Below, piece by piece: positions 52,749-63,237 of a stretch of 64,000 nt of DNA (position 1 is the first letter of the stretch; each line of letters opens with the position of its first letter). Below the pieces are notes generated by a model. It was not told the DNA's origin and did not search any database. It saw only the letters and a program-made list of their open reading frames with translations. Both the position numbers and the translations under genes were made by a program. Source of the stretch: Nitrospirota bacterium (GTDB lineage: Bacteria > Nitrospirota > UBA9217). The stretch lies in NCBI GenBank assembly GCA_963796285.1, contig CAWCKW010000003.1, positions 256,001 through 320,000 on the forward strand, in the 5' to 3' direction.

Positions 52749-54551
52749 ATGAAGAAGCTCCATTTCATCATACCAATTTGCATCTTATTCATGCTCCTGC
52801 TCCATTCCTGCAGCGGCGTGGGGCCGACGCGCACGTCACTTGTCACCATCACCGTCGGAAGTTCCTCCAGCGCTGCCGTCCAGGTACAGCCCGCGAACAC
52901 CTGGGCACGGTTTAAACACTTCATTGCGGGTCTGCTCCAGACCACCATAGCCACCGCAGCCATTCCGTCAGCGGTATCCGATATTAAAGTGACCGTGTCT
53001 GCAGCGGATATAACGAACATCATCTCACTGGTTCCCGTTGCAGGGCTCCCGAGCGTCACTATCACCATCGAGGTCCCGAACGGCACAAACAGAACGTTCC
53101 TGGTGGAAGGGCTGGCCGCATCCGGCGTCGCGGCCTACCGCGGCCAGACAACCGCGGACCTTACCGGTGAGCCAGTCTCACTCGCGATCACCCTCACGGG
53201 AGTGAACTCGCCAACGTTCGCCGGTCTCGTCTCCGCGTCGATCTTGACCATATCGAGCTCACAACTGCAATGGAACGCGGCAGCAGACGTCGTATCTCCG
53301 TCTGCCAACATCGTGTATCTAATCTATCAGGCGACAACGCCGACAGGGGAGCTCTTCACAACGCCGACGTATACGAGCCCGCCAGGTACAACCTCGTTCA
53401 CGGTCTCGAACCTGACGCCCGGCACCATCTATTACTTCGTGGTCAGGGCGATGAACGAGGCTGGCATCATCGACACCAATATGGTCGAACGGTCCTTTGT
53501 CTATCCCGGGTTGTATGTGGCAACGTCCGGAAGTGACACGACCGGAACAGGCGCGCAGGCCAACCCGTATCAGACCATATCGAAGGCCCTGACAGCAACT
53601 CCGGGGAACGAGGGTATTTTTGTCTCAGCGGGAACGTATACTCCGGTGACCACACTACAGCTCAAATCAGGTACCGCGTTGGCCTGCACGGGCCCAGGTC
53701 ATACGACCATCATATACAGGCCGATCAGCGGGTCCCCGGTCGCTATCGCGGGGAACGTTGCAGCGATCATTGATGGCTGCACGGTGACGGAAACCGGATC
53801 GCTGGTAGTGAACCCTTTGATCGATGATGCCTTGGGCGCTACGACGATCAATAATACCCTCGTGGAGTGCAGTTTGAACAACACCAATATCGGCATAGCA
53901 TTACAAAATAATTCCGCGGTTATGAACTCCAGAATGAGCAATTGTGCGTATAATGCGTCGCCTGGATACGGGATCAGCATTACCGGTGGAAGTGCCCTCA
54001 TTTCGAGCAACACCTTTACCGCAAATATCGGCGCAATACAGGTGTCCGGTGGAGCACCAACGATCACCAGCAATATGATCAATAACAACGTAAATGGCAT
54101 TGTGGTTTCGGGAGGAACTTCAACGATCAGCAGCAATACGATCGACAGCAACAGCTCAAGCGGGATTTCCCTGACTGGCGGGACGGCTTTAATCAATGAC
54201 AATCAAGTTAGCACAAACGGTACCGGGATATCGATATCCAATGTCAGCCCTGTGATCAATGGCAATACGATCATAAGCAACAGCACGGGAATATCGGTTA
54301 TTGGCAGTCCTGCGTCACCCGCAATCAACAACAACAGCATTTATTGTAATACCACTACGGATCTCAATCTTGCCGGCACGATCAGCGTCGATGCAACGGC
54401 AAACTCCTGGGATCACGACAGTAAGACATCACCCGTCGGGCCAACCACCGCCACAACGGGTTGCGCAGGTGGTGTTGATATCTGCTTAGGCGGCTCGGTC
54501 AGTTATTCTCCCACAATTTCGGCTGTGCCGGTACCACCCGCGTGCAGATGA
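52749..54551 (+). CDS. Lipoprotein with FN3, DUF1565 and right-handed beta-helix domains
   Basis: Lipobox LLHSC; FN3 (NLTPGTIYYFVVRA); YVATSGSDTTGTGAQANPYQTISKAL; repeated GIxxxGGxPxIxxNxI rungs. Confidence 0.8.
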   Translation: MKKLHFIIPICILFMLLLHSCSGVGPTRTSLVTITVGSSSSAAVQVQPANTWARFKHFIAGLLQTTIATAAIPSAVSDIKVTVSAADITNIISLVPVAGLPSVTITIEVPNGTNRTFLVEGLAASGVAAYRGQTTADLTGEPVSLAITLTGVNSPTFAGLVSASILTISSSQLQWNAAADVVSPSANIVYLIYQATTPTGELFTTPTYTSPPGTTSFTVSNLTPGTIYYFVVRAMNEAGIIDTNMVERSFVYPGLYVATSGSDTTGTGAQANPYQTISKALTATPGNEGIFVSAGTYTPVTTLQLKSGTALACTGPGHTTIIYRPISGSPVAIAGNVAAIIDGCTVTETGSLVVNPLIDDALGATTINNTLVECSLNNTNIGIALQNNSAVMNSRMSNCAYNASPGYGISITGGSALISSNTFTANIGAIQVSGGAPTITSNMINNNVNGIVVSGGTSTISSNTIDSNSSSGISLTGGTALINDNQVSTNGTGISISNVSPVINGNTIISNSTGISVIGSPASPAINNNSIYCNTTTDLNLAGTISVDATANSWDHDSKTSPVGPTTATTGCAGGVDICLGGSVSYSPTISAVPVPPACR

Positions 54552-54589
54552 CATTTATTGCAGCACCTGCGAAAATAAAGGCTGAATGA

Positions 54590-56518
54590 ATGATCCCCTT
54601 CAAAAAACCTCACGTTGTCCTCATCTTCGGTGCCGTCTGTACCTCTCTGTTCCTCCTCCTGCATCTCTGGTCCCCGCGGTTCATTGAAGAGAACATCGAA
54701 TCCGCATTCCTGGACTACCGGTTCAAGATCCGAAACCTGCTCAAGCCGCCCGTGGTGCCCGAGAGCATCATGATCGTCGAGGTCGATGAAAAGAGCCTCG
54801 AGCGCTACGGCCGCTGGCCATGGAGGAGAACGCTCCAGGCACGGCTTATCAGCACGCTTGTGACAGGCGGTCCTGCGGTCCTTGCCGTTGACATCTTCTA
54901 TCCCGAGCATGAAAATGCGAGGGCCGATGCCGCGCTGGGCAGGGCCCTTGCACCGGCATACGGCAAGATCGTACTCGCGGCGGGATTTGACCTGGAGCCG
55001 GAAACTGGCCAGGACACCCCCGGTTACCTGTTTGACAACGCGATCACCAGTATCAAGGACCAGTCGAGACTGAAGACTGTCGTGACCGTCACCAAGGGGA
55101 AGATGTCAATCCCGTCCCTGTCGGCAAACACAGCACTTGGGCATGTGTTCAGCCCCGCAGACATGGATGGGAAATTGCGCTGGGAATGTTTGTATGTGAA
55201 ATATGGGGGCGAGCTGTATCCGTCGCTTTCCCTGATAACGGCCGCATACTCGATGGGAAAGGATGTGACCGCGTTGACCGTCCATGCCGGGCGGGGTGTT
55301 CAGCTCGGAGATACCTTCATCCCCTCCGACGCGTCGGGACGGATGCGAATTAATTATCTCGGCCCTGAAAGGACTTTTCATTCTGTATCAGCCGCTGACG
55401 TGCTGGATGGGCGGGTACCTCTATCGGTTTTCCAGAACAAGATCGTGTTCCTCGGCACATCAGCGCTCTCAACGTTTGATTTCGCAGTCACCCCTTTTTC
55501 TGCGCGCATGCCCGGCGTTGAAAAGAACGCCACCGTGTCCGCTAACATCCTGGAAAAGAGCTTCATTCATGACGTCCCGGTTTCCGTTGCGTCGCTGATC
55601 ATCCTGTTTACCGGATTGGCGCTTACGGTGCTGTTCTCCCGGTTCCAGGCATCCCGGGTGATCGGCGCAGCCGCTTTTCTGATGATTGCTTATGTGGTCG
55701 TCAACCAGTATCTCTTTAGCTATCAGGGGCTGTACCTGAATTTTGTCTATCCGTTTTTCAACCTGGTCCTGATCGCGGGGTTCTCCGGCTCGTTCAAATA
55801 TCTTACCGAGGAACGCAGGGCGCACGAACTCAAAGCCATGTTTAGCCGCTATGTTTCCCCCAAGATCGTGGAGCAGCTCATCGCGCATCCTGAGATGGCG
55901 AAGCTTGGCGGCTATCGCAAGGAGGTTACGGTGCTGTTTTCCGATGTGCGCGGCTTCACCACCTTCTCCGAGCACAGGCAGCCAGAGGAGGTCGTAGCCC
56001 ATCTGAACGAGTATCTCCGCGAGATGACGAACCTCATCTTCCGGTGGGACGGAACCCTTGACAAGTTTGTAGGTGACGAGATCATGGCATTCTGGGGAGC
56101 GCCGCTCGACCAGCCGAACCACGCCGAGCTGGCGGTCAAATGCGCGCTGAACATGTCGAACCGGCTTGATCAGCTTCAAAAGAAATGGCGGGACGAGGGC
56201 AAGGCTCCGCTGGACATCGGCATCGGGCTGAATACCGGATCAGTGCTCATCGGCAATATCGGTTCAGCGGACAAAAAAATGGATTTCACGATCATCGGCG
56301 ACCATGTAAACCTCGGCGCCCGCGTCGAGAGACTCACGCGGAAGTATGATTCTCGCATCCTGATCACGGAGTTTACCATGGCCAAGATCGAGCACTTGAT
56401 CAAAGAAGGGACGCTGTGGCGCGTCGAGATGAAGGAGATCGACGCGGTAACGGTGAAAGGAAAGGATGTCTCGGTCAAGATCTTCAGCATAGCATCAAAA
56501 CCTTCCCCGGAAAAATAA
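54590..56518 (+). CDS. CHASE2-domain class III adenylate cyclase
   Basis: VEVDEKSLERYGRWPWRR, MPGVE, 3 TMs, FSDVRGFT, DKFVGDEIMA, DFTIIGDHVNLGARVE (Lys/Asp pair indicates ATP specificity). Confidence 0.92.
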   Translation: MIPFKKPHVVLIFGAVCTSLFLLLHLWSPRFIEENIESAFLDYRFKIRNLLKPPVVPESIMIVEVDEKSLERYGRWPWRRTLQARLISTLVTGGPAVLAVDIFYPEHENARADAALGRALAPAYGKIVLAAGFDLEPETGQDTPGYLFDNAITSIKDQSRLKTVVTVTKGKMSIPSLSANTALGHVFSPADMDGKLRWECLYVKYGGELYPSLSLITAAYSMGKDVTALTVHAGRGVQLGDTFIPSDASGRMRINYLGPERTFHSVSAADVLDGRVPLSVFQNKIVFLGTSALSTFDFAVTPFSARMPGVEKNATVSANILEKSFIHDVPVSVASLIILFTGLALTVLFSRFQASRVIGAAAFLMIAYVVVNQYLFSYQGLYLNFVYPFFNLVLIAGFSGSFKYLTEERRAHELKAMFSRYVSPKIVEQLIAHPEMAKLGGYRKEVTVLFSDVRGFTTFSEHRQPEEVVAHLNEYLREMTNLIFRWDGTLDKFVGDEIMAFWGAPLDQPNHAELAVKCALNMSNRLDQLQKKWRDEGKAPLDIGIGLNTGSVLIGNIGSADKKMDFTIIGDHVNLGARVERLTRKYDSRILITEFTMAKIEHLIKEGTLWRVEMKEIDAVTVKGKDVSVKIFSIASKPSPEK

Positions 56519-56711
56519 TGCATCCCTGCGTCAGGCTCTCCCGCGCCTCCTAACCAGGGCAGACGACCGCGGATGTACGAGGAGTAAAGCGGATTTTCTC
56601 AAGCCTGGCCCCGGATCAGCAAGTCGTCATGCCGGTTAATTCCCCCACAGGATCATTGCAGCAGTGCATCAAAAAACTGCGTTCATCTGCGTCTACCTGC
56701 TGTAGGTCGGG

Positions 56712-57674
56712 TTATCCCCTCAGATGGCAATCAACGAAATGACCGTTACCAAGGTCGGTTGTCTTCGGTACGGTCTTGTCGCAAGGCTCGAAGCGGTAGA
56801 TGCAGCGGGTGTGAAAGCGGCATCCGGTCGGGATCTGTGTAGGGCTTGGGATATCACCCTTGAGCAGGATGTGCTGCTTTTTCACCGTGGGATCGGCAAC
56901 CGGGATGTCAGCCAGAAGCGCTTCGGTGTAGGGATGGGAAGGGTTCTTGTAGATCCCTTCAGCGGGCGCGATCTCCATGATCTTGCCGAGGTACATCACG
57001 GCAACACGGTCCGAGAAGTGGCGCACGATGTTCAGATCGTGGGCAATGAACAGGAACGAAAGTTTCAGCTCCTCCCGCAGGTCCCCAAGCAAGTTGATGA
57101 TCTGAGCCTGGACCGACACATCGAGCGCCGAGACCGGCTCGTCAGCCACGATGAACGACGGCCCGCTCGCAAGTGCGCGAGCAATGCCGATGCGCTGGCG
57201 CTGGCCGCCGGAGAACTCGTGCGGGTACCGCCGCAGAGCATCAACCGGCAGCCCTACTTTTTCGAGCAGGGCAGCTCCCCGCGCTTCTAGCGCATCGTCT
57301 TTCGCCAGGCCGTGGATCACGAGCGGCTCGGTGATGATCTCCTGAATGCGCATGCGGGGATTGAGCGATGCAAAAGGGTCCTGGAAGATGATCTGCATCT
57401 TTTTCCGGAGCTCCCTGAGTTCCTGCTTGCGGAGCGAGCCCAGGTCCTTCCCCTCGAACGAGACGCTTCCGGATGTAGGCTCCAGCAGCCTGAGCGCAAG
57501 CCTGCCGAGTGTTGACTTGCCGCACCCGCTCTCACCCACAAGGCCGACGGCCTCGCCGCGACCCACCGAGAGCGTAACACCGTCCACAGCCGTCGCCCGC
57601 ATGGTCCTGCCCAGTCCGGCTTTCACGGGAAACGTTTTTCTCAGATTCTCTATATGAAGAAGAACGTCATTCAT
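56712..57674 (-). CDS. Oligopeptide/dipeptide ABC transporter ATPase (OppF/DppF-like)
   Basis: GESGCGKST, YPHEFSGGQRQRIGIAR, DEPVSALDVSVQ, C-terminal GCRFHTRC. Confidence 0.92.
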   Translation of the reverse strand: MNDVLLHIENLRKTFPVKAGLGRTMRATAVDGVTLSVGRGEAVGLVGESGCGKSTLGRLALRLLEPTSGSVSFEGKDLGSLRKQELRELRKKMQIIFQDPFASLNPRMRIQEIITEPLVIHGLAKDDALEARGAALLEKVGLPVDALRRYPHEFSGGQRQRIGIARALASGPSFIVADEPVSALDVSVQAQIINLLGDLREELKLSFLFIAHDLNIVRHFSDRVAVMYLGKIMEIAPAEGIYKNPSHPYTEALLADIPVADPTVKKQHILLKGDIPSPTQIPTGCRFHTRCIYRFEPCDKTVPKTTDLGNGHFVDCHLRG

Positions 57675-57808
57675 CTAAATGCCAAAATTCAAATTACACA
57701 ACTCGAATAATTCCCTGTCATAAGTTCTCAGTCGTTAAACAGTCTATATGTTACTTATTGCGGTTTGGAGCTCACTTGTCATTTGCTGCTTGGCAATTGG
57801 AGCTTGTT

Positions 57809-58768
<960 letters not shown>

Positions 58769-58781
58769 AAGCGGCGCTCCG

Positions 58782-59507
58782 TCAGGGCTGTTGGGGTTTG
58801 ACGAAATTCAGGTACGTCCTCACGGCGGAGTTGTCAGGATCGTATAAAAGCGCCTCCTGCCACTCCTCCTCGGCGAGACCGACGAACCCCTGCGAATAAT
58901 AGGTGATGCCGAGGTGCAGCCGCGCAGCAATGTAGCGGGGATTGCTTATCTTGGCGCGGTTAAATTCCTTGATGGCCTCGTCGTAGTGCCCCTGGTCACG
59001 CAAGGCAATGCCGAGCTGCGTGATGATATCGGCAAAATTCGGCGAAAGGCGCAGGGCCTTTTTATATTCGTCGATCGCCTCATCCAGGAGCCGCAGACCA
59101 TAGTACATGTTCCCAAGCCGCAAATGCTCGGCCGCGAGCTTGCCTTTGATGAAGGGGTCGATTCCGGAGGCCGCGGAGGTCTTGTCCGCCGTCAACTCGG
59201 TGAAGTGGGCAGCGCGCTCAAAGACCTGGCGAGCCCTCTCATACATGCCGAGGTCGCTGTACGTAATAGCCAGATTGAGCGACGCCTCGGTGTACCCGGC
59301 ATTCAGGTCTAGCGCCTTTTCAAAGGACTGTGCGGCGAGTTTGAGCCGGTTGGTCTGGTTATAGATGATCCCCAACTTGTTCTGAATGTCGGCGAACCGG
59401 GGATTAATGGCCAGGAGGTCCTGAAAGATACGCCCTGCCTTTTCGTAATCCTTAGCATCGAACGCCTCCATCCCCTGCTTGTACAGCTCATCGAGCTTTG
59501 TCTGCAT
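58782..59507 (-). CDS. Cytoplasmic TPR protein
   Basis: TPRs (NPRFADIQNKLG, SPNFADIITQLG, NPRYIAARLHLG). Confidence 0.85.
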   Translation of the reverse strand: MQTKLDELYKQGMEAFDAKDYEKAGRIFQDLLAINPRFADIQNKLGIIYNQTNRLKLAAQSFEKALDLNAGYTEASLNLAITYSDLGMYERARQVFERAAHFTELTADKTSAASGIDPFIKGKLAAEHLRLGNMYYGLRLLDEAIDEYKKALRLSPNFADIITQLGIALRDQGHYDEAIKEFNRAKISNPRYIAARLHLGITYYSQGFVGLAEEEWQEALLYDPDNSAVRTYLNFVKPQQP

Positions 59508-59992
59508 GTTCACCCCGTCCAGATAAGATAGTTGGCGTGTTGTTCCGAATGTAAAAAATTTATCACACCTCGGCATGACATGTCAATGGAAAACCAAGAG
59601 AAGCGTTTTGCATATGTTCGCTCTATTCGCCATATAGGTTCACGCAGATAGACATGATAGTTTCCCACTGTGCAAACCAGGACACAAAGAAGAATTGAAA
59701 AATTATAGGGTTGATCTAACACCTGATTTACTCTGATTTCTCTTCGTGCCGGAGCCTGCTGCCGATCTGATCTTGGCTGCTTTCGTGGTATACGTGGCAT
59801 ACGTGGTTCAGATGTGTACGGACGAGGACGTTGAACTTGATTTGACAGCTATTGATAATATTGTTTTTTTTACTCCCAACTGTGTCTTCATGGCAACATT
59901 ACCTTACCGAAATAGAGTCATTTTAACCACTGCATACGTTTCATCACTATTTAACATGTTGATTTTAAATAATTTTAATAGAAACAAATAAA

Positions 59993-60008
59993 TGGCATAC
60001 CTATTGCT
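59993..60008 (+). promoter_or_regulatory. sigma54 (-24/-12) promoter upstream of lpxC
   Basis: TGGCATACCTATTGCT = near-consensus GG-N10-GC, preceded by a very AT-rich tract. Confidence 0.7.
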
Positions 60009-60039
60009 ATTGTCTATGGTGAAAAAAGGGCATATCATC

Positions 60040-60948
60040 ATGATAAGATATCAGCGAACAATAAAGAACAACATCCTCTGCAAAGGCATCGGTTTGCATA
60101 CCGGTAAGACCGGGCAGATGACGCTTAAGCCCGCTTCGGCGGGCACCGGCGTAGTATTCATCCGGACCGACCTGTCCAACACCCGGATCAGGGCCATGGC
60201 CGCCAATACCGATTCCACAAGCTATGCCACCACGCTCAGCCAGAACAACGCGTCCGTGAAAACCGTTGAGCACCTGCTCGCGGCCTTCGCCGGGCTCAAT
60301 ATTGACAACGTGTACGTTGAGATCGATACTGAAGAAGTGCCGATCATGGACGGGAGCGCGCGGCCTTTCGTGAAGCTCATCGCCGATGCCGGCATTGTGA
60401 CCCAGGAAATGGCCCAACCCGCGCTCAAGGTCATTAAACCAATCTTCGTGCGCGAGGGGAACAAGCACCTCGCAATCTGGCCCTCGGAGACAACGAGCAT
60501 TTCCTACTTCATCGACTTCAACCATCCCCTGCTCAAAGAACAGAGCCTGCAGTATCAGCCCACGGAAGAGACGTTCCTGCGCGAGATATCAGAAGCCCGC
60601 ACGTTTGGATTTATGAGCGACGTCAAGACCCTCCAGGCCAACGGCCTGGCAAAGGGCGCGTCTCTGGAAAACGCCGTGGCGCTCGGCGAGGACTCGATCC
60701 TGAATGAGGACGGCCTGCGGTACCGGGACGAGTTCGTGCGCCACAAGATCCTCGACCTCATCGGCGACCTTTCTTTGGCAGGCATGCCGATCATCGGCCA
60801 CATTGTCGCGCATAAATCCGGACACGGTCTGAACGCGCAGATGGTCAGCAAACTTCTGAACAGTCCGCAGAACTGGATCCTGGTAGGTACTCCGGAGAAT
60901 GCCGGCGTCCATCAGCAGGAGCCGGTTCTCCAGCAAGCCGCGTTATAA
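60040..60948 (+). CDS. lpxC: UDP-3-O-acyl-N-acetylglucosamine deacetylase
   Basis: QRTI..GIGLHTG, TVEHLLAA, EVPIMDGSA, ARTFGF, FVRHKILDLIGD, KSGH. Confidence 0.96.
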   Translation: MIRYQRTIKNNILCKGIGLHTGKTGQMTLKPASAGTGVVFIRTDLSNTRIRAMAANTDSTSYATTLSQNNASVKTVEHLLAAFAGLNIDNVYVEIDTEEVPIMDGSARPFVKLIADAGIVTQEMAQPALKVIKPIFVREGNKHLAIWPSETTSISYFIDFNHPLLKEQSLQYQPTEETFLREISEARTFGFMSDVKTLQANGLAKGASLENAVALGEDSILNEDGLRYRDEFVRHKILDLIGDLSLAGMPIIGHIVAHKSGHGLNAQMVSKLLNSPQNWILVGTPENAGVHQQEPVLQQAAL

Positions 60949-60978
60949 TATCAAGTCTGTTCCCTTTTCCAAAAAGCG

Positions 60979-61012
60979 AAAGCCGACGTTCAAATTGAAC
61001 GTCGGCTTTTTT
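60979..61012 (+). terminator. Intrinsic (likely bidirectional) terminator
   Basis: AAAGCCGACGTTCAA-A-TTGAACGTCGGCTTT followed by a T-run. Confidence 0.9.
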
Positions 61013-61159
61013 GTTTGGACTGGATTGGATTTCAGAGCTGTTTCAAACAGAGACACCCGGCAGGCATTTCTCTTTCCGCATTCAAACGAATTTGAGTATC
61101 GGCAAGGTTTATGCCTGCTGCGGATATTGCGCCAAGACCTGTTATTAAAATCAAGGAGT

Positions 61160-61576
61160 CTACTCGTTTTTATTGACTTCGATAGCGGTCAACTGTTGAT
61201 CCCCGCCGGAATTGAAAGTCAACCTGCCCTCTTTTTTGTATGAGCATTCCACCACCCAACGGTCATCCCCAAAATAAAACGGGATGTGCGCTTTGCCTGT
61301 GGGACGTTGCCATTGGTTGTCCGGTCTACCTATCTTGGCAAATACTTCTTTCATGGTCATGCCGACTTTCAGCTTGGCAAATTTGCTGCCGCGCGCAGGA
61401 GTGCCGATCACGCCATTTTTGCTTTCATCTTTCTTGTCGGCCTTTTCGGATTTCTCTTGTTTCTGGGGCGTAGCAGTATCATCCTTGGACTTGTTATGCA
61501 CGCAGCCCGCAAGTACCGCAAGCACAGTAAGCGCACTGAGCGCAACAATAAAACTCTTCTTGATATCCATGTTCAT
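61160..61576 (-). CDS. Lipoprotein with SmpA/BamE-like domain
   Basis: Lipobox VLAGC; KLKVGMTMKEVFAKIGRPD; AGGAGG RBS. Confidence 0.75.
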   Translation of the reverse strand: MNMDIKKSFIVALSALTVLAVLAGCVHNKSKDDTATPQKQEKSEKADKKDESKNGVIGTPARGSKFAKLKVGMTMKEVFAKIGRPDNQWQRPTGKAHIPFYFGDDRWVVECSYKKEGRLTFNSGGDQQLTAIEVNKNE

Positions 61577-61618
61577 GGCAACCCCTCCTGTTTTTAATGA
61601 CATATATTTGATTTCTTC

Positions 61619-61647
61619 TTTATAACCATTTGCAAAATCTAAGTCAA
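61619..61647 (-). promoter_or_regulatory. sigma70 promoter of the lipoprotein gene
   Basis: Minus strand TTGACT-17 nt-TATAAA. Confidence 0.6.
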
Positions 61648-61775
61648 TGTATTTATTGCTAGCCCTCTTCAGATATTCCAACGCCGCCGTGAGGGACGCG
61701 TTTTTCAGCGACCCTCTCGACGGCATCGTTGGATCATTGCGTCGAGTTGCGCTCTAATGTCCTCGACCTACGGCA

Positions 61776-62231
61776 CTATTCGCTTTTGTTTTCTATTCCG
61801 TATGCGAACACCGCACCTTTAACAGCATTGAGCATCCGTTCGAGACGTAGGGTCAGAACTCTTTGAGTGAACGGACTAAATAGAAAAAATTTCCCGGCTT
61901 TGCTTGTTATACCGACTTCCACCTCGGTTCGACTTGCCTTCTCATGAACATAAATCGGATAGAGGGAACCATAGCTATTCCATGAGATTCTTTCGTTTAA
62001 TATTACTGCAAGATTCTTTTCGTCGAAGTCATCAATTCGATAGCGGTTTTGCGTCGCGAATGCCATTATTGCTTTAAACGTTTCGATGGGCGAACGATTC
62101 GTGAAAAATGTCTCGCTATAATGTGCTGTCGTTTTTTTAAGTGATCCTTTTCGAATTTGATCATTGATTAAATAGAGTGCAATAATCCAAAGCGGGAGTA
62201 GGTACGGAATGTAATCTATCATCATGCTCAC
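61776..62231 (-). CDS. Low-GC hypothetical protein with N-terminal TM
   Basis: 151-aa ORF in an AT-rich segment; no recognised family. Confidence 0.55.
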   Translation of the reverse strand: MSMMIDYIPYLLPLWIIALYLINDQIRKGSLKKTTAHYSETFFTNRSPIETFKAIMAFATQNRYRIDDFDEKNLAVILNERISWNSYGSLYPIYVHEKASRTEVEVGITSKAGKFFLFSPFTQRVLTLRLERMLNAVKGAVFAYGIENKSE

Positions 62232-62562
62232 CCTTAAAGTGATAATAAATATTTTAAATTGTCACGAAACAATGCGAAATGAGAAACTACAATCAGTTAT
62301 TGATGGGATGGAATCATGCATCTACATATATATGCAAGCATATACAGGTAGATGCTTTTCTAGCATGCGTGCCACGAATATATATCCGATTTTCAGAGAT
62401 GTCAATAAAATCGAATCAGTATATCGAATCAGTATTTACGGGTATGCATTAACAAATTCAGGTTGATACTTTATGAGATTGGAGGAAAGGCAATTTCACC
62501 GACTACAGGAAGGAGTCTTTACATGTTTTGATAAAAAGCTGTGTGTTTCTCGGCGAGAAGAA

Positions 62563-63237
62563 CTACCTTCTGCTTTTCAGATATTCTTCCATGATCGCAA
62601 CGCCCGCGCTGGTGCCGATACGCTCGGCGCCGGCCTCGATCAAAGAGGTGAGCGATGCAAGGTCCTTGATCCCGCCCGATGCCTTGATGCGGCATGCGGA
62701 CCCGACAGCCTGGCGGATAAGATGAATGTCCTCAACCGTTGCACCCCGGGGCCCATATCCTGTCGAGGTCTTGATGAACTCAGCGCCGGCGCTTACCGCG
62801 ATCCGGCACACGCGGCTGATCTCATCATGCGTCAGGCTGCCGGTCTCGATGATGACCTTGTGAATCTTCTGCGGCGTCATGGCGATCACGTTCTTGAGGT
62901 CGACCTCGACGACGTTGAACTGCTCCGATTTCACCATGCCGATGTTGATGACGATGTCGAGCTCACTGGCGCCGTTCTTCATGGCCTCCATGGCCTCGAC
63001 GATCTTTACCGTAGTCGTGTTCGCGCCGTGAGGAAAGCCAACGACCGAGCAGACCTTCACGAGCGTACCGGACAACAGCTCCCGTGCCTGCGCCACATAA
63101 CAACCATTCACTACCACACACGCGAAGCCGTACTTTCTGGCGGCCTTGCAGGTCTCGGCAAGGTCGTTAAGCGTCGCGTCCGGTCTGACCAGCGTGTGGT
63201 CGATGACCTGCGCTAAATGGCCTGCGTCTTTAAACAC
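62563..63237 (-). CDS. deoC: Deoxyribose-phosphate aldolase
   Basis: IDHTL, VVGFPHGA, ELDIVIN, KVIIETG, FIKTSTG, IKASGGI, RIGTS. Confidence 0.95.
   Translation of the reverse strand: MFKDAGHLAQVIDHTLVRPDATLNDLAETCKAARKYGFACVVVNGCYVAQARELLSGTLVKVCSVVGFPHGANTTTVKIVEAMEAMKNGASELDIVINIGMVKSEQFNVVEVDLKNVIAMTPQKIHKVIIETGSLTHDEISRVCRIAVSAGAEFIKTSTGYGPRGATVEDIHLIRQAVGSACRIKASGGIKDLASLTSLIEAGAERIGTSAGVAIMEEYLKSRR

Noticed and set aside
57675-57808. AT-rich spacer with weak short periodic motifs between oppD and oppF
   Set aside because: Too degenerate to define a repeat unit or element.
59746-59991. 81-aa ORF upstream of lpxC
   Set aside because: Lies in a divergent promoter region; no RBS or recognisable features.
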